Below, one piece after another: positions 9,656 through 20,529 of a stretch of 64,000 nucleotides of DNA. The stretch covers positions 160,001-224,000 of the forward strand of contig CAWGKG010000014.1 of NCBI GenBank assembly GCA_963823035.1, read 5' to 3'. The notes below the pieces were generated by a model that searched no databases, was not told the DNA's origin, and saw only the letters and a program-made list of their open reading frames with translations. The DNA is from an uncultured Gemmatimonadales bacterium. GTDB taxonomy: Bacteria; Gemmatimonadota; Gemmatimonadetes; Longimicrobiales; Gaopeijiaceae. Position numbers and translations under genes: made by a program. Each line of letters opens with the position of its first letter. Positions within the stretch are counted from its first letter, which is position 1.

Positions 9656-10959
9656 CTCTCACGTAGCCGAGGTCACGTCCTTCCGGCACCACGCACGCGA
9701 GCGCCGGGAGCGAGGCGATGCGGGAGAACACCCACACCACCACGGCCGTGGTGACAAGGTAGGATACCGCCGACGCCGCGGCGGCACCCAGGATGCCGTA
9801 ACGGGGGATGAGGACCAGGTCGAGCACGACGGTGGCCACCAGCCCCACGAGCGAGGCACCGAGGTTCACGTGCTGTCGGTTCACGCCGGCCAGGGCGGCC
9901 GCGAGGATCACGCACAGCGTGAAGGGCACGCAGCCGAGGAGGAGGACGGCGAAGGGCGCGGCGGAGGCCACGAAGGCGTCCCCGTACAGCAGCCCGAGCC
10001 AGACGCGGGAGAAGACCACGATCGGGATCGCGAGGGCAGCCGTCACACCGAACACGAGGCGGGCCAGGCGCGCGGCCTGGGGGAAGCCGGCGCCCGGATC
10101 TCCGGAAGCCATCGCAGGCATGAGCACCGTCGAGGTCGACCGCGGCAGCACCCACAGGGTCATGGCCAGGCTCGCCGCCAGCGAGTAGATGCCCAGCGCC
10201 GCCGATCCCGTGAAGTACTGCACGATCCAGATGTCGACGCGGTAGTTGAGGAACTGCGCGATGTTGGCCACCCAGGTGAGCGTGGCGTAGCGGACCATGT
10301 CGCGCAGGAGGGCGGCGTCGAGCAGATGGAGGGAGAAGCGCACGCCGAGCATCCGGTACGCGGCGAGCGCCAGCATGGCCGCGTTGAAGAGCATCACGGC
10401 GAGGTAGACCTGGAACACCTCACTCGAGCCGACGGCCCATACGGCCGGTGCGTTGCAGCGCGTACAGGGTCGCGTAGACGACCATCCCGACGGCGGCGAG
10501 GGACACGCTCGCCACGTTGAGGGCGGCGAACGAGCGGTGGCCCGCGAACACCGAGGCGATGTTGCCGTACACGAGGGTGCCCGCCACCACCCCCGCGAGC
10601 GCCAGCTCCATCGACAGGCTCTGCTTCGAGAGCGGGAGGAAGAGCTCGTTGTCGAGCAGTACGTCGTTGGCGTGCACCGTGGCGAACACCAGCACGGCGA
10701 CGAAGGCCGCGAAGAGGAAGAGCGAGGTGAGGATGCGCTCCCTCGGCACCCTGTCCCGCGCCACGAAGTAGCGCAGCGACAGGTCGAAGCCGAAGCCGAA
10801 CAGGAGGCTCAGGATCCCGAACGACGCGGAGAAGACCGCGAACTCGCCGCGCCCCACCACCCCGAGCGTCCGGGTGAGGAAGATCGAGTTGCCGAACGAG
10901 AAGACGAGGGTCAGCAGGTTGCTCGCGAAGACGCCGAGGGCGCTTCGGCCCATCCTCAT
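9630..10959 (-). CDS. Wzx-like oligosaccharide flippase (apparent +1 frameshift near 10420-10440)
   Basis: LTRTLGVVGRGEFA N-terminus; FLNYRVDIWIV, LGIYSLA, LIPRYGILGAAAAS; many TM helices. Confidence 0.85.
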
Positions 10960-12282
10960 CGGCGCGGCGCCTCCGGCTCCGCGTCCCCGCCCCCCACGCC
11001 GCCGACCGCGACCACCCCCAGGAGGCCGATCACGATCCAGACGTGGCGCAGGTCCTCGCTGGCGAGGAAGAGCGCGTGCACCGCCACCGCGAGCAGCGCG
11101 AGCAGCACGGCCGTGCGCGGGCGCGACGGAGCCGTGCCGCGCCGCACCCCCGAGATCACGAGCCAGAGCCCGACGCCGAGGAGCAGCAGCCCCACGACCC
11201 CGAACTGGCCCAGAACCGAGAGGTAGGCGTCGTGCGCGTCCCAGAGCGCGGGCGTGAACCCCGCCGCGGGGTCCGGGGCGCTCGCCAGGAAGGGTGCCGC
11301 GCCCACGCCGCGCACCGGTGCCAGCGCGATGGCCGCGAGGCTGCTCTTCCAGATCGCCGGGCGAAGTGCCGTCGTGACCACGTGCAGCGGGCCGACCTCC
11401 ACGTCCAGCGGAACGACCAGCGCCACGAAGGTGGCGACGGCCACGACCATCCCCAGCCCCGCCACGAGCATGCCGACACCCCGGTGCCGGTCGCGCACCA
11501 TGTGCACGCCGACGAGCACGGCCACGACGCCCGCGCCCACCCACGCCGTCGAGGTGGTGAGCGCGAGCGCACCGGCGAGCGCTCCGGCCAGGACCAGGCC
11601 CCCCGTACGCCCCGCGCCCCTCCAGCGTGGGCCAGCGGCCCCAGAGCAGGAGTGCGGTCACCACCAGGTAGTCGCCGAACATGTTCGGATGGAGGAACGG
11701 ACCCGACACCCGCGCGAACGGCAGGCCCATGACGCCCGTGCCGCCCTGACGGACCGAGTCACCGATGCCTCCCGGCGGGAAGAAGCCGAGCACCGCCGTC
11801 ACGAGCAGCGCGATCCCGGCTCCACCGAGCCAGGCGTCGCAGGCGCGTCGCCACCCGATGCCGCTCGACGCGAGCGCTCCCGCACACAGCACCAGCGCGA
11901 CCGTGGCGCTCCCCTTCGCGAGCGCGTAGGGGAGGTGGAAGCCCCACACGCCCGAGGTCGCGACCCACAGCCCGAAGATCGCGAGCACGCCCAGCCCCAT
12001 CAGGTAGCGTCGCGGGGGCAGCGCGGGCTCGTGCTCGCCCGCCAGGGCGCGCGTCAGCCGGCGGACACGGTCCGGATGCGTGGCCCGCTCGAACGCCCAT
12101 GCCAGGAGGAGCAGGAGGAGCAGGCCGTCCGCGCCGGTGGCCGTGGCCCCACCCACCGGAAGCACCACCATGTGCCCGATCGGGAGGAGCAGCAGGAGCA
12201 GCCCACCGGCCACGATCGTGGGCGTGCGCCCCGCACGTGCGGGCGGCGGCTCGGGAGACGGGGCGGAGGGGTCGGAGGGCAC
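10956..12282 (-). CDS. O-antigen ligase/polymerase (Wzy/WaaL-like) membrane protein (apparent +1 frameshift near 11600)
   Basis: RVSGPFLHPNMFG, RPAIW, PVRGVG, AHDAYLSVLGQFGVVG; polytopic. Confidence 0.8.
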
Positions 12283-12362
12283 GGTGGGCGCGGTGGTGAG
12301 GAAGGGCGGTCGACCGGCGGGTCTCCGTAATCATGCGACCCGCCCGGCCTCGGGGGAAGCGA

Positions 12363-12395
12363 AAGGGCCCCCGCGGATGATCCGCGGGGGCCCTT
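12363..12395 (-). terminator. Intrinsic terminator after rpmB
   Basis: Near-perfect GC hairpin aagggcccccgcggat/atccgcgggggccctt, followed on the minus strand by tttcgcttc. Confidence 0.7.
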
Positions 12396-12450
12396 CGGGG
12401 TCTCGCTCGTCGGTCGGGCGCCGCCCGACCGGCCGGAAGGGTCGGTGCCC

Positions 12451-12657
12451 TCAGACGGTCGTCGCGGGCGCCTTGGTGACCTTCCCCGCCGAGATGCACG
12501 AGGTGCACACGCGCACGCGGCGGCGCTCCCCCTTCTCGTCCAGGATCTTCACGGTCTGGAGGTTCGGGAGCCAGCGGCGCTTCGTCTTGTTGTTGGCGTG
12601 GCTGACGGAGTTCCCGCTCGCGGGACCCTTGCCACACACATAGCACACTCGAGCCAT
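12451..12657 (-). CDS. rpmB: 50S ribosomal protein L28
   Basis: [34 protein letters not shown]. Confidence 0.97.
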   Translation of the reverse strand: MARVCYVCGKGPASGNSVSHANNKTKRRWLPNLQTVKILDEKGERRRVRVCTSCISAGKVTKAPATTV

Positions 12658-12702
12658 CGTCTATGATTCCTGCGTTGATTTACCGTTCTCGGAGGCGGCG
12701 CC

Positions 12703-13266
12703 TCAGTTCGCGCCGCCGTCGCCAGTGCCACCGCTGCCCGCGATGACCGTCACGCGCGCCGCGTCGATGTAGTGCGTCGCGAACTCGGCGGCGAGCCTGT
12801 CGCCCTCGCCGATCGATCCCGCCGTACTCCAGGCGTTCAGCACGGAGTCCGACATCGGCACGACCGTGCCGATCACCGTGGCGTGCTGTCCCGCGGAGAC
12901 CGTGACGCCCTCCGCCTTCACGGCCTCGGACATCGAGACGAGGAAGGGGTTCTTGTTGGGCATCTCGAGCCAGAAGCCCTGCTGCCCGAGCGGGGAAGCC
13001 ACGGGCATGTCCTCGAGCTTCACCACCTGCCCCTCGTACGGCGACGCGTCCATCTGGATCGCGGAGGCCGAAATCGTAAGGGCACCCAGGTTGTCCTCGG
13101 CGCTGTCGGCCGCGGCCTGCTCCTGGATGGCCGCCGCCCGCTCCGCCTCATGCGCGCGCGCCTGCAGGTTGAGCCAATACAGGAACCCGATCATGGCGAG
13201 GAACGCCACGATCATCAGAGGCATCCCGAGGTTCGCAGCACCGCGCCGGGAAGCGTTGTCGCCCAT
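12703..13266 (-). CDS. Hypothetical single-TM membrane protein with a possible extracytoplasmic OB-like beta domain
   Basis: 187-aa ORF; TM segment MPLMIVAFLAMIGFLYWL, a helical linker, then a beta-rich region (YEGQVVKLE...GFWL...AGQHATVIGTV). Confidence 0.65.
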   Translation of the reverse strand: MGDNASRRGAANLGMPLMIVAFLAMIGFLYWLNLQARAHEAERAAAIQEQAAADSAEDNLGALTISASAIQMDASPYEGQVVKLEDMPVASPLGQQGFWLEMPNKNPFLVSMSEAVKAEGVTVSAGQHATVIGTVVPMSDSVLNAWSTAGSIGEGDRLAAEFATHYIDAARVTVIAGSGGTGDGGAN

Positions 13267-13315
13267 GTCCGTCGTCCTGTCCGCTGGGTTGGTCCGTGGT
13301 TGAGAGACCGGCAAC

Positions 13316-13670
13316 TTAATCGACCAACTCGATCAGCGACATCTCCGCCGCGTCACCCTTTCGGTTGCCGAGCTTCAGGATACGGGTGTACCCACCCGGA
13401 CGCTCCGAATAGCGCGGACCGATGTCGTCGAAGAGTGAGCCCAGGACCTGGCGGTCCTGGATCTTCGTGGCGGCGAGCCGGCGCGCGTGCAGGTCGCCCC
13501 GCTTCGCGAGCGTGATCAGCCGCTCCGCGAACGGCCGCAGCTCCTTCGCCTTGGCCGTGGTGGTCTCGATCCGCCCGTGCCTGAACAGCGACGACTGCCA
13601 TGTTGCGCATCGTCGCCCTCTTGTGGCTCGCGGTGCGGGAGAGCTTCCTCCCCTTCTTACGGTGCCGCAT
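13316..13670 (-). CDS. rplQ: 50S ribosomal protein L17 (apparent +1 frameshift near 13595)
   Basis: [19 protein letters not shown]; shifted frame [20 protein letters not shown]...GGYTRILK...IELVD, TAA at 13316-13318. Confidence 0.93.
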
Positions 13671-13672
13671 GG

Positions 13673-14716
13673 TTACTCCTCGCCACTCCCAGCCGTCTCC
13701 GGCTCTTCCTCGACGAAGAAGAGGCGACCATCGTCGCCCTCCTCGAGCATCATCCCGAAACGAAGACCGTGCTCCTCCAGGAAGTCCGAGATCTCCTTCA
13801 GGGACTTCTTCCCGAAGTTCTCGATCTGGAGCATGTCGTCTTCGGAGCGCTGCACCAGGTCACCCAGCGTGCGGATGTTCTCCTTCTGCAGCGAATTGCG
13901 CGACCGGACGGACAGCTCAGCGAGGTCCTCGATCGGGCGCGCGAACAGGTCCTGCAGCCGCTCCGGAACCACCACGGCTCCGGGAGGCGCCACCTCGGGG
14001 ATCCCGCCCTCTCCGAAGTAGAGCATGTACTCGAGGTGCTTGCGCACCAGCTCGGAGGCGTAGGCGACCGCCGTCTCCGGATCGATCGAGCCGTCGGTCT
14101 CCACCTGGAGGGTGAGCCGATCGAAGTCGGTGCGCTGACCGACGCGGGTCTCCTCCACCGTGAAGTTGGCGCGGCGGACGGGGTTGTAGATCGAGTCGAT
14201 CCGTACCAGGTCCACCGGGGCGCCGCGGGGCATGACGTGCTGATCGGCCAGCACGAAGCCACGACCCTTGTTCACGTGCAGCTCGACGTTCAGGGCGCGG
14301 TCGTCCTGCAGGGTGAAGAGGTGCTGGCCCGGATCGAGGATGTCGGCGCCCTGCTGGGTCTGGATGCTGCCGGCCGTGACCGGTCCGGCCTTGTCCACGT
14401 GGATCTCGAGCACCGTCTCGTCGACGTCCGGGTCCAGCGACACCACGAGGGCCTTGAGGTTCTGGATCACCTGATGCACGTCCTCGACCACACCACCGAT
14501 CGTCTGGTGCTCGTGCACCACACCGTCGATGCGGAACGCCCAGACGGCGGAGCCGCGCAGCGACGACAGCAGGACGCGGCGGACCGAGTTACCGAGCGTA
14601 TGTCCGAAGCCGCGCTCGAGCGGCTCGATCACGAAGCGCGCCGACCTGCCGTCTTCGGACTTCTCGACGGCTTCCACGCGCTCCGGCAGAACCAACCCGG
14701 TGAGATCTATCTCCAC
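13673..14716 (-). CDS. rpoA: RNA polymerase alpha subunit
   Basis: EPLERGFGHTLGNSVRRVLLSS; alpha-CTD LSVRSRNSL, NFGKKSLKEI. Confidence 0.98.
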   Translation of the reverse strand: MEIDLTGLVLPERVEAVEKSEDGRSARFVIEPLERGFGHTLGNSVRRVLLSSLRGSAVWAFRIDGVVHEHQTIGGVVEDVHQVIQNLKALVVSLDPDVDETVLEIHVDKAGPVTAGSIQTQQGADILDPGQHLFTLQDDRALNVELHVNKGRGFVLADQHVMPRGAPVDLVRIDSIYNPVRRANFTVEETRVGQRTDFDRLTLQVETDGSIDPETAVAYASELVRKHLEYMLYFGEGGIPEVAPPGAVVVPERLQDLFARPIEDLAELSVRSRNSLQKENIRTLGDLVQRSEDDMLQIENFGKKSLKEISDFLEEHGLRFGMMLEEGDDGRLFFVEEEPETAGSGEE

Positions 14717-14795
14717 TGTGTCCTCCTGGGGATTACTCGGCCACTACAGCCGGGAAGCGACGCCCGGACCCCGCTCACGGGCCCGGGCACGCGAA

Positions 14796-15431
14796 TTACT
14801 TCGAGTAGAGCTCGACGATGAGCTGCACCTGGGCCGCCAGCGGGACGTCCTCGCGGGTCGGCTTGCGCACCATCCGGCCGACGCGGCTCTTCTCGTCCAG
14901 CGCGAGCCAGTCCAGCAGCGACGGGCGCGTGCGGGCCTCGAGGGACGCCTGGATCGAGACCAGATCCTTCGACTTGGGGCGCACGGCGATCTCGTCGCCC
15001 GGCGTCACGTCGAAGCTGGGCACGTCCACCACACGGCCGTTCACCTCGACGTGGCGATGCCGAACGAGCTGGCGCGCCGCGCTCCGGCTGGACGCGAAGC
15101 CCATGCGGAACACGATGTTGTCGAGGCGGGACTCCAGCGACACGACCAGATTGTCGCCGGTGACCCCCGGAACCGAAGCCGCCGCCTCGAAGAGGTTGCG
15201 GAATTGCTTCTCGTGGAGCCCGTAGATGCGCTTCACCTTCTGCTTTTCACGCAGCTGGTTCGCGTACTCGGACTGCTTGCGACGGCGCGCCTGCGCGGGG
15301 CCGTGCTGGCCCGGCGGATAGGCGCGGCGGTCGACGGGGCATTTCTCCGTGTAGCACTTCTGCCCCTTCAGGAAGAGCTTCTGCCCTTCCCGGCGGCAGA
15401 GCCTGCAGACCGGACCGGTGTAGCGACTCAT
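14796..15431 (-). CDS. rpsD: 30S ribosomal protein S4
   Basis: MSRYTGPVCRLCRREG, LESRLDNIVFRMG, LIVELYSK. Confidence 0.98.
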   Translation of the reverse strand: MSRYTGPVCRLCRREGQKLFLKGQKCYTEKCPVDRRAYPPGQHGPAQARRRKQSEYANQLREKQKVKRIYGLHEKQFRNLFEAAASVPGVTGDNLVVSLESRLDNIVFRMGFASSRSAARQLVRHRHVEVNGRVVDVPSFDVTPGDEIAVRPKSKDLVSIQASLEARTRPSLLDWLALDEKSRVGRMVRKPTREDVPLAAQVQLIVELYSK

Positions 15432-15452
15432 TCTTCTATCGTTCCCTGTTCC

Positions 15453-15842
15453 TCAGACGCGGCGCTTCTTCGGCGGCCGACACCCGTTGTGGGGGAGCGG
15501 GGTGACGTCCTGGATGGACTTGATGAACAGCCCCGCGGAAGCGAGCGCCTGGATGGCCGACTCACGTCCCGAGCCGGGGCCCTGGACCTGGACGTCGATG
15601 CGCTTGACGCCGAGACCGACCGCCTCACGACCCGCCTGCTCGGCCGCCACGGTCGCCGCGAACGGCGTCGACTTCTTCGAGCCCTTGAACCCGGCCTTGC
15701 CGGCGCTCGACCAGACGACGGTGTTCCCGGCCCGATCCGTGATCGTGATGATCGTGTTGTTGAAGGTCGCCGCGATGTGCGCGACGCCCTCCGCCTCCAC
15801 GACTCGCTTCGTGCGTTTGGTACGGGTCTTGGGATTGGCCAC
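15453..15842 (-). CDS. rpsK: 30S ribosomal protein S11
   Basis: [43 protein letters not shown]. Confidence 0.98.
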   Translation of the reverse strand: MANPKTRTKRTKRVVEAEGVAHIAATFNNTIITITDRAGNTVVWSSAGKAGFKGSKKSTPFAATVAAEQAGREAVGLGVKRIDVQVQGPGSGRESAIQALASAGLFIKSIQDVTPLPHNGCRPPKKRRV

Positions 15843-15961
15843 GGTCTTCTCTGACTCTTCCTTTGCTCGTCACCTGGAACGCGGATGCGGCGTGCCGGAG
15901 CGCTGAAGGCGCTCCGGGGATCGCCGCATCGACTTCCTGCGGGGACGCCCTGGGGCGACCC

Positions 15962-16342
15962 CTACTTCTTGCTCGCCTTCTTCTTGCCCGCGATGGCCCG
16001 ACGGGGGCCCTTCTTGGTACGCGCGTTCGTGTGCGTCCGCTGGCCGCGCACCGGGAGCCCGCGACGGTGCCGCAGCCCGCGGTAGCAGCCGATGTCCATG
16101 AGCCGCTTGATGTTCATGGACACTTCGGTCCGCAGCGAACCCTCCACCTTGTAGCCCGCCTCGATCGTCCGGCGCAGGCGGTTCACCTCGTCGTCGGAGA
16201 TGTCCTGCGTTCTCCGGCTCGGGTCCACACCGCACTGCTGGAGGATCTCGGTGGCTCGCGACCGGCCGATACCGTAGATGTACGTGAGGGCGATCTCGAT
16301 CCGCTTCCCGCGCGGGAGGTCGACGCCTGCGATACGTGCCAT
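15962..16342 (-). CDS. rpsM: 30S ribosomal protein S13
   Basis: [29 protein letters not shown]. Confidence 0.98.
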   Translation of the reverse strand: MARIAGVDLPRGKRIEIALTYIYGIGRSRATEILQQCGVDPSRRTQDISDDEVNRLRRTIEAGYKVEGSLRTEVSMNIKRLMDIGCYRGLRHRRGLPVRGQRTHTNARTKKGPRRAIAGKKKASKK

Positions 16343-16350
16343 GTGTGCTC

Positions 16351-16467
16351 TCAGCCCTGGCGTTGCTTGTGCTTGGGATTGCGGCTGCAGATGATGCGCA
16401 CCACCCCGCGGCGGCGGATCACCTTGCAGTGCTCACAGATCGGCTTGACGCTGCTTCGGACCTTCAC
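16351..16467 (-). CDS. rpmJ: 50S ribosomal protein L36 (below the ORF-track cutoff)
   Basis: Manual translation from GTG 16467: [38 protein letters not shown]. Confidence 0.97.
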   Translation of the reverse strand: MKVRSSVKPICEHCKVIRRRGVVRIICSRNPKHKQRQG

Positions 16468-16505
16468 GGTTCACTTCTCCACATTCGTTTGTGGTAGAGC
16501 TAGGT

Positions 16506-16534
16506 AGTATAACCAGGGTGTTCCCACCCTTCAA
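16506..16534 (-). promoter_or_regulatory. Sigma70-type promoter for rpmJ and the alpha operon
   Basis: TTGAAG (16534-16529), 17 bp, TATACT (16511-16506), in an AT-richer gap between map and rpmJ. Confidence 0.75.
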
Positions 16535-17310
16535 GCGCCCACCGCATCGACCGGATGGGCCGCGTTCGTCAGGACCCGAGGTCCATCGGTGGTGATCGCG
16601 ACCGTGTGCTCGAAATGGGCGGACAACGTCCGGTCCGACGTCACCACCGTCCAGCCGTCGTCGAGCGTGCGGATGCCCGGCGATCCCGCCGACAGCATCG
16701 GCTCGATGGCGATGACCATTCCCTCGCGCAGGAGCGGCCCGTGCCCGGGGCGCCCCACGTTCGGGACCTGCGGCTCCTCGTGGACGTCGCGGCCCACGCC
16801 GTGCCCCACCAGGTCCCGGATGATCCCGTAGCGGGTCTCGTCCACGGCCGCCATGACCGCCGCGCCGATGTCCCCGACGTGGTTGCCACGCACGGCCGCC
16901 TCGATGGCCGCCCACAGCGAGCCTTCCGTGGTCTCCATGAGGCTCATCGTGCTCTGGTCGACCTCACCGACCGGGAACGTCCACGCCGAATCGGAGCACC
17001 ACCCGTCCAGCTTGACACCCACGTCGACCGAGACGATGTCGCCCTCCGCGAGGATCCGCTGGTGCGACGGGATGCCGTGCACGACCTCTTCGTTCACGGA
17101 GACGCAAACCGCGCCCGGGAAGCCGTACAGACCCTTGAAGGCCGGCACCGCACCCTCGGTGGCGCGGATGTAGTCCTCGCAGAACCGATCCAGCTTCGCC
17201 GTGCTGACGCCGGGCGCGACCTCGGCACGCACCGCGTCCAGGAGGCCGCCGATGATGGCGCCTCCCCGCGCGATGGCGTCGATCTCGTCCGGCGTACGCA
17301 GATGGATCAC
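16531..17310 (-). CDS. map: Methionine aminopeptidase type I
   Basis: SVNEEVVHGIPS, DVGVKLDGWCSDSAWT, GHGVG..HEEP, AIEPM, SAHFEHT; GTG start at 17310. Confidence 0.96.
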   Translation of the reverse strand: MIHLRTPDEIDAIARGGAIIGGLLDAVRAEVAPGVSTAKLDRFCEDYIRATEGAVPAFKGLYGFPGAVCVSVNEEVVHGIPSHQRILAEGDIVSVDVGVKLDGWCSDSAWTFPVGEVDQSTMSLMETTEGSLWAAIEAAVRGNHVGDIGAAVMAAVDETRYGIIRDLVGHGVGRDVHEEPQVPNVGRPGHGPLLREGMVIAIEPMLSAGSPGIRTLDDGWTVVTSDRTLSAHFEHTVAITTDGPRVLTNAAHPVDAVGA

Positions 17311-17314
17311 TCGA

Positions 17315-17962
17315 CTAGTATCCCACGGCCTTGCGGAAGGACTCGTGGACCTTGTCCACCGGGGCCCCCGCGCCGACGTGAACCACACGGGCGTCGGACC
17401 CCTCGTACCACTCGATGAGCGGGGCCGTCTGCTCCTTGTAGACCTCCAGCCGGTGACGCACCGTCTCCGGCTTGTCGTCCTCGCGCTGCACCAGCGTGCC
17501 CCCACACCGGTCGCACCGGTCCTCGGTGGTCGGCGCCGTGAGGTGCACGTTGAAGACGCCGCCGCAGTCCGGGCAACTCCGCCGCCCCGACAGTCGCTTC
17601 ACCAGCTCCTCGTCCGACGCCTCGAACACGACCACGCGATCGACGCGCCGATGCACGCCCTGGAGCACGTGCTCGAGCCCCTCGGCCTGCGCGGTGGTGC
17701 GGGGGAAGCCGTCGAAGAGGATCCCCGCCTCCGGCGCGATTCCCTTGAGATGGTCACGGACCAGGTCCAGGATCAGCGAGTCGGGAACGAGCTCGCCGGC
17801 ATCCATGTAGCTCTGGGCCTTCTTGCCCAGCTCCGTGCCCTCCCTGCGCGCCGCCCGCAGGAGGTCGCCGGTGGAGACGTGCTCCCAGCCGACGCTGTCC
17901 GCCAGGCGCACCGCCTGGGTTCCCTTTCCGACCCCTGGGGGTCCCAGCAAGATCACGACCAT
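17315..17962 (-). CDS. adk: Adenylate kinase (Zn-type LID)
   Basis: GPPGVGKGTQ, STGDLLR, DGFPRT, CPDC...CDRC. Confidence 0.97.
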   Translation of the reverse strand: MVVILLGPPGVGKGTQAVRLADSVGWEHVSTGDLLRAARREGTELGKKAQSYMDAGELVPDSLILDLVRDHLKGIAPEAGILFDGFPRTTAQAEGLEHVLQGVHRRVDRVVVFEASDEELVKRLSGRRSCPDCGGVFNVHLTAPTTEDRCDRCGGTLVQREDDKPETVRHRLEVYKEQTAPLIEWYEGSDARVVHVGAGAPVDKVHESFRKAVGY

Positions 17963-17997
17963 GGTATCCCTGCCTCAGCAACGCCGGCCACTGAACG

Positions 17998-19318
17998 CTA
18001 CATGTACCTCGTGCGGCCGCGCATCTTCACCCGGCCCTTCTTCATGAAGCCGTCGTAGTGCCGCAGCAGCAGGAGCTGCTGTGCCTGCTGGACCGTGTCG
18101 AGGCCCACACCCACGACGATCAGGAGGCTCGTGCCACCGAAGAAGAACGTCGTGATGTTGAACCAGTGGAAGATCCAGAAGGGAAGCATCGCGATGAGGG
18201 CGAGGTAGATGGCTCCCGGGAGCGTGACACGCGTCAAGCACGCGGTCGATGTACTCCGCCGTGCGGGCCCCCGGCTTCACGCCGGGAACGAACGCACCCT
18301 GCTTCTTCAGGTTCTCCGCGAGGTCGATCGGGTTGAAGATGATCGCCGTGTAGAAGTACGTGAAGAAGAGGATGAGCAGCCCGTACGTGAGGTAGTACGT
18401 AGCGGTCTGTGGCTGGAAGATTTCTGCGATGGCCCGAAGGGGCCCGATGTCCAGGAAGGCCCCAAGCGTACCGGGAATGACGATGAACGACTGGGCGAAG
18501 ATGATCGGCATCACGCCCGCCGAGTTGATCCGCAGAGGGATGAAGCTCTTCTGACCCTCACGGATGCGCCCCCGCCCCACGACCTTGCGCGGGATCTGCA
18601 CGGGGATCTTCCGGGCTGCCATGGTCATCGCCACGACGCCCGCGCTCACGCCCACGACCACGCCCAGGAGGGCGACGATCGCGAAGGCGTTGATCTCGCC
18701 GAGCGTGAACGCCTCCCACGTGCGGCCCACGGCCGCCGGGAAGGACTCGATGATCGAGAAGAAGATCAGGAGGCTCATGCCGTTCCCGATCCCCTGCTCG
18801 GTGATCGCCTCACCCAGCCACATCACGAAGACCGCGCCCACCGTGAGCGCGACCACCGTCGTGAACGCGAAGACGAAGCCCGGCGTGTGCACCGCGCCCG
18901 GAATGGCCTGCAGGAAGGCGGAGTACCCGTAGCCCTGGACGGCGGCGAGGCCGACCGTGACGTAGCGGGTCCACTGCGTCAGCTTCTTGCGCCCCTCCTC
19001 CCCCTCCTTCTGCATCTTCTCGACGGTGGGGAAGACCGCAGCCAGCAGCTGGAACATGATGCTGGCCGAGATATAGGGCATGATGCCCAGGGCGAAGACG
19101 GTGGCCCGCGAAAGGCCGCCGCCGACGAACATGTCGTAGAGCCCGAAGAGCGAGTTCTGGCCCAGCGCGCCGAACTGCTCGCGTAGCACCCCCACGTCCA
19201 GCCCCGGAACGGTGATGTGCGCACCGATCCGGTAGATCAGGAGGATGAACAAGGTGAAGAGGATCTTGTCCTTCAGCTCCGGAACCCGGAACAGATTCGC
19301 GACGGGATTGTTGGCCAT
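17998..19318 (-). CDS. secY: Preprotein translocase SecY (apparent +1 frameshift near 18237)
   Basis: FALGIMPYISASI, GIGNGMSL, AGVMPIIFA; C-terminus GGTSLLIVVGV in the adjacent frame. Confidence 0.95.
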
Positions 19319-19326
19319 GGTCTTAC

Positions 19327-19794
19327 TTACTCTTCTGTTGCGGCCTCACCGACCGAGCCGAGTACGCTCACGGAGCCACCTGCGGCTTCGATCTTCTCCC
19401 TGGCGCTCTTGCTGAAGGCGTGAGCCTCCACGGACAGCGCCTTACCGATATCGCCCTGACCCAGGATCTTCACCGGTCGAGTGGCGTGACCGATCAAACC
19501 GGCGCTGCGCATGGAAGCGACGTTCACGTCGCCCTCCATGCGCTCCAGGTCGCGGACGTTCACGACCTGGTACTCCACCCGGTTGATGTTGGTGAAGCCA
19601 CGCTTCGGCAGGCGCCGCTGCAGCGGCATCTGCCCGCCCTCGAAGTGGGGCGAGACGTTGCCGCCCGCGCGGGCGCCCTGACCCTTCTGGCCACGCCCGG
19701 AGGTCTTTCCCGTGCCCGAGCCCGGGCCGCGACCCAGCCGCTTGCGGTTGCGGTGCGACCCCGCGGCGGGGCTCAAATCGTGCAGTTCAGCCAT
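19327..19794 (-). CDS. rplO: 50S ribosomal protein L15
   Basis: [35 protein letters not shown]. Confidence 0.98.
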   Translation of the reverse strand: MAELHDLSPAAGSHRNRKRLGRGPGSGTGKTSGRGQKGQGARAGGNVSPHFEGGQMPLQRRLPKRGFTNINRVEYQVVNVRDLERMEGDVNVASMRSAGLIGHATRPVKILGQGDIGKALSVEAHAFSKSAREKIEAAGGSVSVLGSVGEAATEE

Positions 19795-19799
19795 CGTTC

Positions 19800-20009
19800 C
19801 TACTCGTTGGTCTCCCGCACGCTCAACATGTGCGGGATTTGATTGATCATGCCCCTGATCGCCGGCGTGTCGTCGTGCACAACGCTCGTCTGGTTCTTCG
19901 TCAGCCCCAGCGCCCGCAGCGTGCGCCGCTGCTTCTCGGGCCTGCCGCTGACGCTCCGGACCTGCGTGATCTCGAGCTTGCCACCACCGCTCTGCTTCCG
20001 CTTAGCCAC
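19800..20009 (-). CDS. rpmD: 50S ribosomal protein L30
   Basis: ITQVRS...TLRALGL...DTPAIRGMI. Confidence 0.95.
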   Translation of the reverse strand: MAKRKQSGGGKLEITQVRSVSGRPEKQRRTLRALGLTKNQTSVVHDDTPAIRGMINQIPHMLSVRETNE

Positions 20010-20529
20010 GTCGCACCCCCAGAGACTCCACGGGCACGCCGCGCTCCCTCGCCGCCTGCTCGGCCGTGACCAGCCGGGTGAGGCCGTTCATGGTCGCACG
20101 TACCACGTTGATGGGGTTGTTGGTTCCCAGGCTCTTCGTGAGCACGTCGCGCACGCCCGCGGCCTCGAGGACGGCGCGCACCGGTCCGCCGGCGATCACG
20201 CCCGTACCGGGCGCGGCCGGACGGAGCAGCACCTGCCCCGCACCCCACTGGCCGAGGATCTCGTGCGGCAGCGTGCCGTTCTCGACCGGGATCTTCTTCA
20301 TGTCCCGCTTGGCGCGCTCGAAGGCCTTACGGATGGCTTCCGCCACCTCGTTGGCCTTCGCCAGCGCGATGCCGACGTTGCCCTTCTGGTCGCCGACGGA
20401 GACGAGCGCGGAGAACGAGAACCGGCGCCCGCCCTTCACGACCTTGGCGACCCGGTTGATGTGGATGACGTTCTCGACGAGGTCGCTGGGCTCCCGGCCC
20501 CGACGTTCCTGCTTCTTGTCCCTGGCCAT
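20002..20529 (-). CDS. rpsE: 30S ribosomal protein S5
   Basis: [32 protein letters not shown]. Confidence 0.98.
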   Translation of the reverse strand: MARDKKQERRGREPSDLVENVIHINRVAKVVKGGRRFSFSALVSVGDQKGNVGIALAKANEVAEAIRKAFERAKRDMKKIPVENGTLPHEILGQWGAGQVLLRPAAPGTGVIAGGPVRAVLEAAGVRDVLTKSLGTNNPINVVRATMNGLTRLVTAEQAARERGVPVESLGVRRG

